The translations under genes were made by a program, and so were the position numbers. Below the pieces are notes generated by a model. That model saw nothing but the letters and a program-made list of their open reading frames with translations. It searched no databases and was not told where the DNA came from. From Octopus sinensis (taxonomy: Eukaryota), in the NCBI RefSeq assembly GCF_006345805.1, contig NC_043003.1, positions 25,792,001 to 25,856,000 of the forward strand: a DNA stretch of 64,000 bases, read 5' to 3'. Positions 12,495 to 25,010 of the stretch are shown here, one piece after another (the stretch's first letter is position 1; each line of letters begins with the position of its first letter).

Positions 12495-12822
12495 AGGAAT
12501 GGCTGTGTGGTAAGTAGCTTGCTTACGAACCACATGGTTCGGGGTTCAGTCCCACTGCGTGGCACCTTGGGCAAGTGTCTTCTACTATAGCCTCGAGCCA
12601 ACCAAAGCCTTGTTAGTAGATTTGGTAGACGGAAACTGAAAGAAGCCTGTCATATATATGTGTTTACGTTCCCGTAACTTAGCAGTTCGGCAAAAGAGAC
12701 CGACAGAATAAGTACTAGGCTTACAAAGAATAAGTCCTGGGGTCGATTTGCTCGACTAAAGGTGGTGCTCCAGCATGGCCACAGTCAAATGACTGAAACA
12801 AGTAAAAGAAAGAGAGTAAGAG
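12495..12822 (+). mobile_element. SINE family A with internal deletion
   Basis: Head and tail are intact; the segment after the microsatellite is missing. Confidence 0.9.
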
Positions 12823-13269
12823 TCTACTCCAATATTTACTTTCTTTAAGATGTTAGGATGTAAGTAGAGGTATATTTAGCTATTTCTAGTAGGTTGAGAA
12901 ATAAAGGAAGACTAGCTCATCAGGTTATAAAAAAATTATAGAACATTTTATCACTTCATAAATTTGCACATCATCTTTACAATTTGGTGTTTAATACACA
13001 CACAAGATACTTCTCAACTCCAGTTAAACTGATCTTTTTTATTTATCACAAAAGGATCAAACGATTAATTTAATTATGGCAAGATTTGAACTTATTACCA
13101 ACACATATCATTTCTGGGCCTACTACTTCTATACCAACTCAATTAGTTAAACTGACAGTTGTATCTTATTCCTTTCTATGATTGTTCCTTCTGTTATTAT
13201 CATAGTATATTCAACTTGCTGCTTCTAAATGATTTAAATACTTCTAAACATCTTGTGTACATGGACCAA

Positions 13270-13657
13270 CAGGCACAGGAGTGGCTGTGTGGTAAGTATC
13301 TTGCTTACCAACCATATGGTGCCAGGTTCAGTCCTACTGCATGGCACCTTGGGCAAGTGTCTTCTACGATAGCCTGGCCAACCAAAGCCTTGTGAGTGGA
13401 TTTGGTAGACGGAAACTGAAGGAAGCCCGTTGTATATATGTATATATATATGTGTGTGTGTGTTCGTCCCCCCAACATCGCTTGACAACCGATGCTGGTG
13501 TGTTTACGTCCCCATAACTTAGCAGCTCGGCAAAAAGAGACCGATTGAATAAGTACTAGGCTTACAAAAAAATAAGTCCTGGGGGTGGATTTGCTTGACT
13601 AAAGGCGGTGCTCCAGCATGGTCGCAGTCAAATGACTGAAACAAATAAAAGAGTAAA
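13270..13657 (+). mobile_element. SINE family A, full length
   Basis: Same structure as 8174-8572. Confidence 0.92.
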
Positions 13658-13927
13658 ACTGTGTTACTAGTTCTCTGCAGTATTGTTATTGTTTAGCCTC
13701 AGCTTAGCTCTCATTGAGCAGTCCCATGATCAAAGGCATTTTAACTGTAACCATCCCATTTCTTTTTTACTGATATTAGAACATCTAAGACAACACCACT
13801 GAATGTGTCCTTTTACTTTTTCAAAATAGTGCTGGTGCAAGAAAAGAAAAACATGCAGTACACTCTTGTAAAATGGTTGGTGCTAAGTAAGGCATCAAGT
13901 TGTAGAAACTGTGCTAAAGCAGACATT

Positions 13928-14160
13928 AAGGTGGCGACCTGGCAGAACCGTTAGCACACCGGGCGAAATGCGTAGCCGTATTTTGTCTGCCGTTACGTTC
14001 TGGGTTCAAATTCCGCCAAGGTCCACTTTGCCTTTCATCCTTTCAGGGTTGATAAATTAAGTACCAGTTACGCACTGGGGTCGATGTAATCGACTTAATA
14101 CCTATGTCTGTCCTTGTTTGTCCCTTCTGTGTTTAGCCCCTTGTGGGCAGTAAAGAAATA
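13928..14160 (+). mobile_element. SINE family B (tRNA-derived), full length
   Basis: GGCGA.CTGGCAGAA head, GGGTTCAAATTCCGCC B-box-like motif and tail TTAGCCCCTTGTGGGCAGTAAAGAAATA. Relatives lie at 42395-43668, 44815-45030, 47505-47697 and 54007-54190. Confidence 0.88.
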
Positions 14161-14877
14161 GCTAAAGCAGACATTAGAGTACACAATGCAATCCCCCAAA
14201 TCAGTCAGATCTTGTCAAACTCTCTAATGTATACCATCATGGAAGCCAGGCACGAAAAGATAATGATGATGGTAGTGGTGATGATAATGTACGTAATTCA
14301 AAGATGATTTGGTCGCTACTTTTTGCATTTAGGCGGCAAATATACCTCACGATGTCGTGCTGCTACTGTTTACATCTTGCTCAGAGATTTATTATTGATT
14401 GTTTCTCCTTTTTTCGAGATCAGTGACATTTTGTCACTGGAAAAAGCATATGTATTTGCATTCAAAATCACTTCTCATCCCTAGCCTGTGATTGTTACAG
14501 GCTTATTTATGATGGGTCCATGCGTATCACGTCAGGCTAGAGATGGGAATGATGATTTCCCTTCACAAATACTGATCGGGTAAGGACAGTGTGTCGTTAG
14601 CTGGAGATGTCTTCCCGAGGCTATAAACTACAGCAGCATCGTCCCATATGGGGTCAGCCACATTTAGGTGACATACTTCACAATGTCGTGCTGCTACTGT
14701 TTACATCTTGCTCAGAGATTTATTATTGCAAGCTCCTTTCGTTCAACTAGTAACCATGTATCATCAGGCTAAGGATATATAAGCAAGCATGTAAATCGTG
14801 TGATGCATGCAATGTTACTATGTGAATGTTTTAACCAAATCAACTCTAAATCTAGCACATATATGATCAAAGAATTC

Positions 14878-15142
14878 GGCATTCCCTCGACAAAATCAAA
14901 ACATTTCACTTCGGGTATTTCCGTGGAAGCAAATGACAGTTCGATTCTGCTTTCTGCTCGGAAATTTGTGGATTTTACATACACACATGAAACAGGTAAG
15001 AACAAATATGCAAGGCTTTTTTTCCCCCCAAGTTTAAATTGAGACATTGCTGGCATAATTTCGTTATATCTACACTCCACAACCCACGGAAATACTAGAA
15101 ATGAAATGTTTTGATTTTGTCGAGTTATATCGAAGGAATGCC
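14878..15142. mobile_element. MITE with about 55-60 bp imperfect TIRs and an 8-bp TSD
   Basis: Ends GGCATTCC..GGAATGCC, with a perfect TSD AAGAATTC at 14870-14877 and 15143-15150. A second copy is at 28369-28623. Confidence 0.9.
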
Positions 15143-15775
15143 AAGAATTCTAACTGTGACCAATCTGTCTTCTATGGAGCATCTAGGACCACTTTATCTA
15201 ATGTGCCCTTACTTTTTTTTTAAAGACATTAGGGTATTGAGCTGACTGTTATTTCTAGCTGGTTGTGCAATCATGTAAAGGCATCTTAGTTGACTCAGCA
15301 CAAATTTACAAGCAATGTGTGAGAAAAACTAGACTGATATAAAAAGCTCTGTAGTAGAAGCAAGAGCACTTATGAACTTTAGCTGCCAACATTGTAGCTT
15401 TTTACATTTGATTGCCCATTTTGCTTCATAACATGATGGTCAGAAAAACATAATTAAATTTATAGATTTCCCATTATGTCTGGTCCCAATTTTAATTACA
15501 TGGCTTTCTTCATTTAATAATTAATCATATGGCTACCACTAAGATACTGATCCTAGTGTATTCTTCGATATTTTATGAATATATTTTCACCAACTATCAC
15601 AGACAGACCATATTTAACAATAAAAGAAGTTTTGTATACAAATATTAGTCAATAAAAAAACAGTTTTAGGAAAACAACAATAACAATAATGTAAACAAAA
15701 ACCAATACTGAGAGCAGAGAAATTTTTTAATACCTTTCCTTCTCTCATAAATTGTTCATAAATAATGGAATATGT

Positions 15776-16726
15776 TTATAAGAAGAATTTACGCCTACTA
15801 GTTTCCATTTCATGTCTTTTATGGAACCATTCGTATTCTCCGTAACGAGAGTCAAAGACTCCTTTCTGAAGGGATCTCATCTTCAGAGTGAAGCGAGGCC
15901 CAAGTTCTGCAAGTCCAACTCGTTTCTCATTTCTGAACACGTAACGATGGTGTCTGAAAAATATGAAGTCTCTCTGGTTATGGAACGTAACCACACGCCG
16001 TCCGCGAAATTGTGGATCAAGTGGGAATAATGCACCCAACATACGTCCGACGGTGTGTCCCAAACGGGTGTTGAAATTGTTAAGTATCAACTCGGGTCTG
16101 TGTTCAGTGGCAGAATCACATTTACGTATTTCCTTTCGTAGCTTTACGTTACTCACTTTAAAATGAATGGTCGGTCCCTCTGGTAGATGAATCAGAAGCA
16201 TTCCATTAGGCTTTTTGTTGTTCTCGTTTACAATAATGATGTCGGTGAATTCTTTCTCGATCGCCTGAGGAACGATCTTCTTTATGGCTAAGGTTCTCCG
16301 GTGATAATAAGTTGCATTTGGGAAGACAGTTGTAAGTTCTTTGCAAAAATGGTAAGTCCGTAGTTTGGATCGACATGAAGTTGTGATCAATATTTTGGGT
16401 ATTGTCTCGCGTTTGAAATGGGCTGCCATTTCATCCACAGATTCGTCTATTTCAACTTCTTCATCCTTCTGTGAGATAAGTGTTTCATCTGCCACTCGCA
16501 ATTTCTCAATAGTTTTCGGTTCTTGCTTTGGGGGAACGGGCAAGCCTTTCTTTATCCTCATCTTCCGATCTTTCCGTTTAGCCATTTCGATCTTCTTTTT
16601 CTCAAGAAGCATTTTTCTAAACATCTTAGACCGTAAGATCTTATTCTTAACCCGTTTGTAATTGAGTACAGGGAGAACAGCTTCATTTTTTACCTCGGAA
16701 GGACCAGGAGTTGCTTTATCCGCCAT
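15776..16726 (-). CDS. RPF1: Ribosome production factor 1 (Brix domain), intronless CDS, about 316 aa from ATG 16726
   Basis: Motifs PKILITT, NENNKKPNGMLLIHLPEGPTIHFK, PELILNNFNTRLGHTVGRML, RRVVTFHNQRDFIFFRHHRY, ELGPRFTLK and C-terminal SRRKFFL. The ORF-track start at 16789 is a non-ATG codon. Confidence 0.96.
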   Translation of the reverse strand: MADKATPGPSEVKNEAVLPVLNYKRVKNKILRSKMFRKMLLEKKKIEMAKRKDRKMRIKKGLPVPPKQEPKTIEKLRVADETLISQKDEEVEIDESVDEMAAHFKRETIPKILITTSCRSKLRTYHFCKELTTVFPNATYYHRRTLAIKKIVPQAIEKEFTDIIIVNENNKKPNGMLLIHLPEGPTIHFKVSNVKLRKEIRKCDSATEHRPELILNNFNTRLGHTVGRMLGALFPLDPQFRGRRVVTFHNQRDFIFFRHHRYVFRNEKRVGLAELGPRFTLKMRSLQKGVFDSRYGEYEWFHKRHEMETSRRKFFL

Positions 16727-17576
16727 TGTTATTTCCGCACGTGGCCGAGATGAGCAAACCGCAAGGGAGATCACTCTGTTTAATTTCACAATTCAATCGG
16801 TGACTATAAATTTTATTCCGTTAGGGTGAAACGAAATTTGATGTTGAAGGTAAAATCTCTCGCGGAGAAAAGATTTTAGAAGTAATATCTTCTAAGTTAA
16901 TTTCCATAACATTTGAAAGTACAGTTTTGATTAACTGGCAGGATTTCAAAAGAATTTTTGGTTAATATAAAAAGATTGACTCCCGTTAACGAAAACAAAA
17001 ACATCCAGCCTGCTAGGTGTTAAAAACTGTAGAAAACCAATATGAAAAAAAAAAAAAAATGCACAAACGAACGTGAGGCGGTGGGGAGAGTACTTTCGGA
17101 AAATTCACAAGATCCGATTTTCCCCGCATAACTTTGAGGAAAATGGATATATATTGATGAAATTTTATAGAAATACCGTTCAAATGGCACAAATTACGGT
17201 TATAAAGATATTTCTGGGGAAATTTTTTCCGAAAGTGTGGGCAGAGGACTGTCGAAAAGTTCACACGATCCGGTTTTTTCCCCTCATAACTTTCAGGATC
17301 TAGTTTAGCGCCCAGTCACCAAAACTTTTTTTTTTTTCTTTTCTTTGTGGTTGGTAAGCAAACTACTTACCACACATCCACTCCTACGCCTATAGTTTTC
17401 GCAAATATTTTTTCATATTTGTTTTCTACAGTTTTTAACACCCAGCAGGCTGGGTTTTTTTTTTGTTTTTGATATCAGGAGTCAGTCTTTATATTAACCG
17501 AATTCTTTTGAAATTCCTTGCTTCTGTTTACTTATTAAAGTTATCTCTAAAGAAATTAATAGCCAGCACGTTTCAT

Positions 17577-18015
17577 ATATGGGTTGGTAAAAAATGTCCA
17601 GAGTGTTTTTTAAGTAAAATTCATTGAGATAGTTGTACATACCTTTACCCAACCATATATTTTCCATTTTGTTCCACTACCTTTCGCCATCTTTGAGGTA
17701 GCTTCATGATTGTATCCTCCCAGAACTTGGTATCTTTCTGGATCATGAACTGGTCTAAGTAGTTTTTATACTCTTTCAAAGAATCAAAGTTCTTCCCATT
17801 AAGAGAATTTTGCAAGGATCAGAATAAATGATAATCCAAAGGTGCAAGGTCAGGTGAGTACGGTGGGTGGGATAGGACATTCCACCCAAGCAGCAGCAAT
17901 TTCTGAGTGGTCTGCAAAGAAATGTGTGGTCTAGCATTATTGTCCTGACGTAAGACATTGTTTCGGTTGGCCAACTCTGGACATTTTTCATCAATTGCCT
18001 CCTTTAATCTGTCTA
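17577..18015 (-). mobile_element. Mariner transposase C-terminal relic with one TIR
   Basis: DNNARPH..HPPYSPDLAPLDYHLF, then a stop, then SLQNSLNGKNF..KLPQRWRKVVEQNGKY. TA plus TGGGTTGGTAAAAAA TIR-like end at about 17577. Confidence 0.88.
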
Positions 18016-20928
18016 TAAATGATGAAGGCATGAAAAGGCATCACTTCGCAAGAATTCCAGCACTGCTTCGAATAGCAGAAAACGCACCTGGGCCAATGCA
18101 TTGCTTCAAAAGAATACTCTGAAGGCAGTAAAAATGAAAACCGGTAAAACTAAGTGAATAAAAATATTACTGCAAAATTCCAGTTTCTTTTGGATACCCC
18201 CTCATAGAACCAAGAAACATGTGCTTCTTAATCACACAGCAGTACCTATATATCATCATCATCAGTTAGCATCTGCTTTCCATGGTAGCATAGACAGGAC
18301 GGTTCCACAGGGACTGGCAAGTCAGAAGACTGCACCAATTCCTGTTTACTGTTTTGGTATGGTTTCTATGGCTGATACCTTTCCTAATGCCAACCATTTT
18401 ACAGAGTGTACTGAGTGCTCTTTATGTGACACCAGCAGCAGTGAGGTCACCAAGTAACTTGCAAGGCAAGACCCCCATCAACAGAGTGGTGGGGTGAGTA
18501 GTACTGAGGGACAGATGAAGGAGTCTTACATCGGAGGGGAAACATGGCTGCCTCAGGTATGGATAGAGAGGTAAGAGAGTAAGTGGGTTAGGGATTGGAG
18601 ATGGTGAGGGAGTGAGTTCGTGAGATTGCAAAAGGAGAATGGTAGATGGAGGGGGAGTGTAATGAATGGGCACAGGTGGAGGGAGAGGGTATTGGGAAGA
18701 TATGCTGTGAGGAAGAGATTCAATGGGGACATTGTGTGCAGGTAGGTGCGTTGGGGGGGGGAAGCAGTGGTTAGTGATCATGGATGGGAGAAGGAGGGTG
18801 TTGGAAAGATGGGCTGTGGGAGAGGTTTGTGATTGGACAGATTGTGTGGGCAGGAGGATATGGACATAAAAAACACCTTTATGGCTATGATTTTACTTAG
18901 ATGGGTAGGGTTTCTCAAGCAGAGCAAACTACCAACTGTCTCGATCCTTTATCTTCTTCCCTGTGAGGCTTAACATCCGAAGATCATGTGGAATACTTTT
19001 GATTATAGACCTGTATGATGAGGGCTATCAAGAGCTCATCATCATCATTGTTTAACGTCTGTTTTCCATGCTAGCATGGGTTGGACGGTTCGACCGGGGT
19101 CTGGGAAGCTAGGAGGCTGCACCAGGCTCCAGTCTGATCTGGCAGTGTTTCTACAGCTGGATGCCCTTCCTAATGCCAACCATTCCATGAGAGTAGTGGG
19201 TGCTTTTTACATGCCACCGGCACAGGGGCCGGAGGAGGCTGGCAAACGGCCATGATTGGTTGGTTCCTTTTACGTGTCACCAACACGGACACCAGTCTGG
19301 CGGCGCTGGCATCAGCCACGTTCGGATGGTGCTTTTTACGTGCCACAATATTGTTGTACAAATAGATTAGAGAACAATACAAGGTGTAGCATTCTTTGAC
19401 TACCACACTGTTTTGTGTATAATTAACCATGGTATCAAATTCTAGTGATGAGCAGACTAATACATACCATATATAGAATGCTAGACCACTGGATAACTCC
19501 CAAATACATGTTCCTTAGTTTTTGTCCTCAACTACTCAAAGACAATAAATAGTTTCAAATTTTGGTACAAGACCAGCAATTTTATGGGGAGTGGGTAGTC
19601 AATTACATCAACTGGTACTTATTTTATTGTTCCCCAAAGATGGAAGGCAAAGTCAACCTTGGTGGAATTTGAAATTCAAAGATAATAATGCTACCTGCCT
19701 TCTAAAGAGCTGAAGAAGCAAACACAACAAAAACAAAATGATCGTGGCAAGATTTGAACCCATGAACTGTAAGATATTTTTAAGCCTCTGTCTTATAAAT
19801 GATGATAATGATTCAACCAAAGAAAGAAAACAAACAAGATTTTACAAGAATTTTTTCACAAAATTATTTTTATTTGAAATCACATAGAAAAAATATAAAA
19901 ATATCATGGAGAAAATACACACACACATGTATGTGTGTATGCCTGTATATACATGTATATACGTATGTGGGTGGGTGGGTTGGTGAGTGTATGCATATAA
20001 TTTAAGTATGACTAATTATTGGTTTCAATGATTTCATCTCAATTGAACAAGGCACATTGTTTTTATTGCATTCAGGTTAAATAACGAGCCATGAAAGGTT
20101 TAAAGATTTTCATTTTAGAAAGGGAAGTTTCAATGCTTTTTTACGATTTCCATTTTTCCATTCTTTTGCTCTCAAGAATAGGTTGTTATTGAAATTCTTC
20201 TTCATACAGAAAGATTCAAATAGCTATAGATGACATTGTTGTTTAGTCCCAAATCAGCCCTGATTGAGCTGTCCTGTGACCAAAAGCAATCTGGCCATGC
20301 CTATCCAATTTTATTTTATATCCTAGATAAACTAGCCAATGTATTTTTAATTTTTAAAAAGTTTTTAAGCTGGTAGGAGACGATTTGAGGAAAATTTGAC
20401 TGCTATTTTTAGTAGGTAGAATAATTGCACATAGTTTTTTTCAATGGCTTGAAATTAACATAATTCTGAATCTAGGTACAATCCACATTCAGAGTTCATA
20501 AAATGAATGAACAATATTTAGCTTTACAAATCAGATCAAACATAATGTCTATACTGGTAAAACCAGCCCCAGTTAATATATTTTTTTTACAAGGCTCCGT
20601 GGGCAAAAACAATTTTGTAGATAGACTCTCTCTCTCTCGCCTCTCCTTCTCACACATACACGTGAATTTTACACTGAATAGTGTATGAGTATAGACAATG
20701 TCAAACTTAAAACAGTTTGGATATTTGCATTAAATCAGTAATACTTTAACATCCAGATATTTGGGACAACAGGGATTCAACACCATTTCTTCATATACAT
20801 TAGCTCAATACTGTGCCATGCTTGACAAGCAACAATCCATATTAATAATTTATTTAAACAGTGAAACTTGAGGGAAGTTCAACATCTTATTTGCCATTTC
20901 ATAGATTTCAGTGACCACAGTACTGTTA

Positions 20929-21883
20929 TCACAATTCTTCTTTTACAAATGGGTAGTCAATACCGTAGACTGCTCTGAGTCCAGTCAGAACTTGTAAAGG
21001 CCGTCTTGTCAAATATTTTTGCATCATGTGAATAACATCCCGTCTTGGAATCTCATATTTTTCCTCTTTGATGGCTTTTTCATAAAAGGCTATTATTTCT
21101 TTCAGAATTTTCTCCCAACTTGTTGGTTTCCAGTCCAGTTTTTCTTTGGCTTTAGATACATCAACAGGGCCTAACTTCACCGATGGGAAGAGATAAACAG
21201 AGCTTGAAGTCAGAGGTTCAATGAAAATATTCAAATCTGTTAGGTTAAGGGAATCCTTTATATCACCAAGGACTTCATACAGTGTTGGGGTTTCATCGAT
21301 GGCTAAATTGTAAGCTTCATCATTAATGTCTTCACTTCCTGTTAGATACTGCACAATTATATCTGCCACATCTTCAACATAAACTAAACTTATCTCTTGT
21401 TTAACTAAATTTGAAGGAAGTGACACAGGTCTTTCCAGATATGTGCGTAGTTTCATCCACAGCTGATAAAGCCACCACCGGTAAGTGTTATCTTTGGGAC
21501 CAATAACATCAGGAAGACGATATATTAGAAATGGTATTTTACTTGCTTCTGGCTGTTGCCGAAGTTCTTCTTCACACTGAAGTTTCAAGTGACCATAGTT
21601 GTCATTTTTGGCATAATCCTCTCTCGTGGTTTCATCAAATGGACGAACAGCATCTGTCTCTTTGCTAGGTGCTGTGTGATTTTTCATGCACACATCATAT
21701 ACCGAGTCTGTACTAATTAAAACATATAAACCAATTTTGGAACGGAAAATTGCCAGAACTTCTCTGACTGCATGAGGATGATAGGCACTAAAATCAATGA
21801 CTGTATCAAAATATATGGATGAACTTGTTTTGAAGAAGTTGACCAAGTCTTGACAATTGTAAAGTGACTGCATACGATCACAT
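20929..21883 (-). CDS. Exon 2 (terminal) of an NAD-dependent epimerase/extended-atypical SDR gene (CSP41-like), ending KEEL
   Basis: Acceptor TTCCTTCACAG|A at 21884, phase 2, in frame with exon 1 (RHLK-CDR). Motifs VIDFSAY, YVLISTDSVY, YGHLK (YxxxK) and RLPDVIGP. Stop at 20929. Confidence 0.92.
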
Positions 21884-24629
21884 CTGTGAAGGAAGGAAAT
21901 AAAAATATACATATATATATATTTATATTAGTGAAAACTTTTTCAATAATCAATTATATTGTTTCAAAAGAATTCAGTTACTTATTTTTATTTTATTGCA
22001 GGGTGGAAGGTGTTTATAAGCCATTTAAGAAACACACAAAAACTGTTCGATTCACTTCAACATTTAAATTTAATTTGTGAAAATATTTTCATCACTTTGA
22101 GACTGCGACCTGTTCAGTGACAAAACTTTGTTCCAGCACACAATCTCAGATCAAGTCACTTGCTATGCAAGTACATCTCCGTAATTTTATTTTATTTAAC
22201 TCTATTTACCTCCAATTAATTTAATTTTATGCTGTCTTTAAGTGTGCTTATGTCATGGGTACAAACTAAAAGTCTGTGAGGTTTGTAGTTATGTTGAAGT
22301 ATACAGGCAAAAGACAGGCATAACTGTAAAAATGTAATTGCATTGGAAAACAAAGATCCTTTTGTATCAGTTTAGAGTTGAGTTTGGCTTCGTAGAAGTC
22401 TGTAAGGTGAAGATGTTTTCATGTTTGGTCAGAGTTGTGATGGTATTGAAAACTATGAGAATAAGAACTCAAAGAAACAGTTGAGAAAGTGATGGAGTAA
22501 TGAGAAGCATGGGTTGGGTTGTGCAAACAAAGCAGATAGAGGGAGTTGTAGACATGATGAAAATGGATGATGTCTGTATGTAATATTCTGAAAGTCATTG
22601 AGGACTTCAATGATGTCAAAAGTGATTCCATAGATGGAAAATTTTGGTGACATTAAGTAGAATCCAAAAGAAAATATTTAATAAACATACTATGCTCAAA
22701 TTAGGAATCCACATGTTTTTGATTCAATCATTTCCAAAGAATTTTTTTTTTGTCAATATGATGTAAATCGAAAAATCCATACTTCCTTGCCAAGCATCAC
22801 ACGCATGTCTCTAATTTCTCACTGACACTAAACTACAGATTTGTAGGGAAAGGGTATATCTATTTGAATAAACCAGGGTACATGATTATTAATTAATTAT
22901 GATAATGAAGAAATAAAAAGTAAAATCAACCTCAGTGGAACTGAAACAATATAAACAAAAAAACTAAATGCTATAATGCATCCACTCTAGCATTTAACAT
23001 ATCCGTCACTCTTTTGCCTTTATCTACTCAATAGTTGTTTGGAGTTAGGGTGATGTTTGCTGTTGTTTAGACTAAGGTTGCTCTGATCAAAGGTGTCCCA
23101 ACTGTGACCATCCTGTCATTGTTCAGACAGTACATCTAGGACTACATTTAATGTACTTTTTCTCCTTTAAAGATAGTAAGGTGCAATTTGAAGGAGATTT
23201 GGCTACTATTTCTAGTTGGTAGAATGACTGCATAGAGATCCCCACACTGGCCTGTTATTTAGGGTGAGGGTTAGAGCTAGGAAATGAAAGAACCAGAAAT
23301 GGTTCTGACAACAATGAAAATACTACAGGAGAAGTAGATAGCTAGATCAAACAATACTTGTCTACAACCCATATGCTTGTCTACAACCCTATTGTCCCAG
23401 TGACCACAACACCTTTTCTCCCTCTCAGACAAAGGACTAGGTTCTGCACTCTTCACAACAACTGGATTTATCGAAATTTCCTATAGGAGTAAACATCTAC
23501 TCCAGTGGCATGTAGAGGCAGTAGGCAGTAATATTTTCAAAAGGTACTTTTCTATTATTGACAGCCAATTTTTATTTTTATTTACTAAAGGATTAGTAAA
23601 TAAATCATACTCGTGAGACAGGTATGATAGTTGATTGGTGAATTTTCACAATAGCTATCACTACCTCTCATCATCATCGTTTAACGTCCGTTTTCCGCGC
23701 TAGCACGGGTTGGACGGTTCGACCGGGGTCTGGGAAGCCAGGGGCTGCACCAGGCTCCAGTCTGATGTGGCAAAGTTTCTACAGCTGGATGCCCTTCCTA
23801 ACGCCAACCACTCCGCGAGTGTAGTGCGTGCTTTTTATGTGCCACCTGCACAGGTGCCAGGGGGTTCCGGCATCGGCCACGATCGGTTGGAGCTTTTAAC
23901 GTGCCACCGGCACGGAAGCCAGCCAAGGCGGCGCTGGCAACGGAAAAGGAAAACTATCACACCTACCTTACAAGTGTATTAGTTTCTTTACTAATCCTAC
24001 AGTAAATAAAAAATTGGCTCTATATTATTATAGGAAAGTATCTTTAAAAATATATTTCCAGTGAGACATATTTTTAGAGAAAGGTCCTTCATGGACAGGT
24101 TCTGACCTCCAGTTTTTCGTCACAAAACTTATGTACTAAGGGACAGGGAGATAATAGCAGGTAATACAGGACAATCTAAGGTACAATACAGTACATTTTA
24201 TCTATTTGGCACAATGGTAATTCAGAATACTAACACAAAACCATTTTTCTGCCATGGCCTGTGATATTTCTCGGTACCATATGTGGCTCAGCCACTGTCA
24301 ACTAAATATCAAAAATCATTATTCAAACATAAATTTAGTTCACATTATAAGAAAAGATTAAAAAAAACACAAATATTTGAAAGATACAAATATCAAAGTG
24401 AAAAAAAAATTAAAAAATTAAATAGTGTGATTGTTATTGATATGCATACAATTTTTCCTACGAAATTTGGCTCATGACCTACTTTTAGGACATATGGTCC
24501 ACCTTGTGTGTTTACAGGTTTAGAGAACAGGGAACAAGTTAATGTGTGATATCTTTTATTTTTAGATTGAAGATGAGCAACAGGAATGAGATGAAAATAA
24601 GGGTTTTATTAAAGAAATTATCTAGTTGA

Positions 24630-25010
24630 AAGGATGGAGCACTCCGTCGGTTGCGACAATGAGGGTCCCAGCTGATACGATCAACGGAACAGCTTGCTCG
24701 TGATATTAACGTGCAAGTGGCTGAGCACTCCACAGACACGTGTACCCTTAACGTAGTTCTCGAGGAGATTCAGCGTGACACACAGAATGTGACAAGGCTG
24801 GCCCTTTGAAATACAGGTACAAGAGAAACAGGAAGAAAGAGTGAGAGAAAGTTGTGGTGAAAGAGTACAGCAGGGATCACCACCATCCCTGCCGGAGCAT
24901 CGTGGAGCTTTTAGGTGTTTTCGCTCAATAAACACTCACAATGCCCGGTCTGGGAATCGAAACCGCGATTCTCCGACCGCGAGTCCGTTGCCCTAACCAC
25001 TGGGCCATTG
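24630..25010 (-). mobile_element. SINE family C head joined to a family-D-type body
   Basis: The minus-strand head CAATGGCCCAGTGGTTAGGGCA..GGTTTCGATTCCCAGACC matches 34378. The body matches 37740-37900. Confidence 0.85.

Noticed and set aside
16727-16789. 21-aa N-terminal extension of RPF1, and likewise 29279-29326 for the SDR
   Set aside because: The ORF track starts at non-ATG codons. The first in-frame ATGs are 16726 and 29278.
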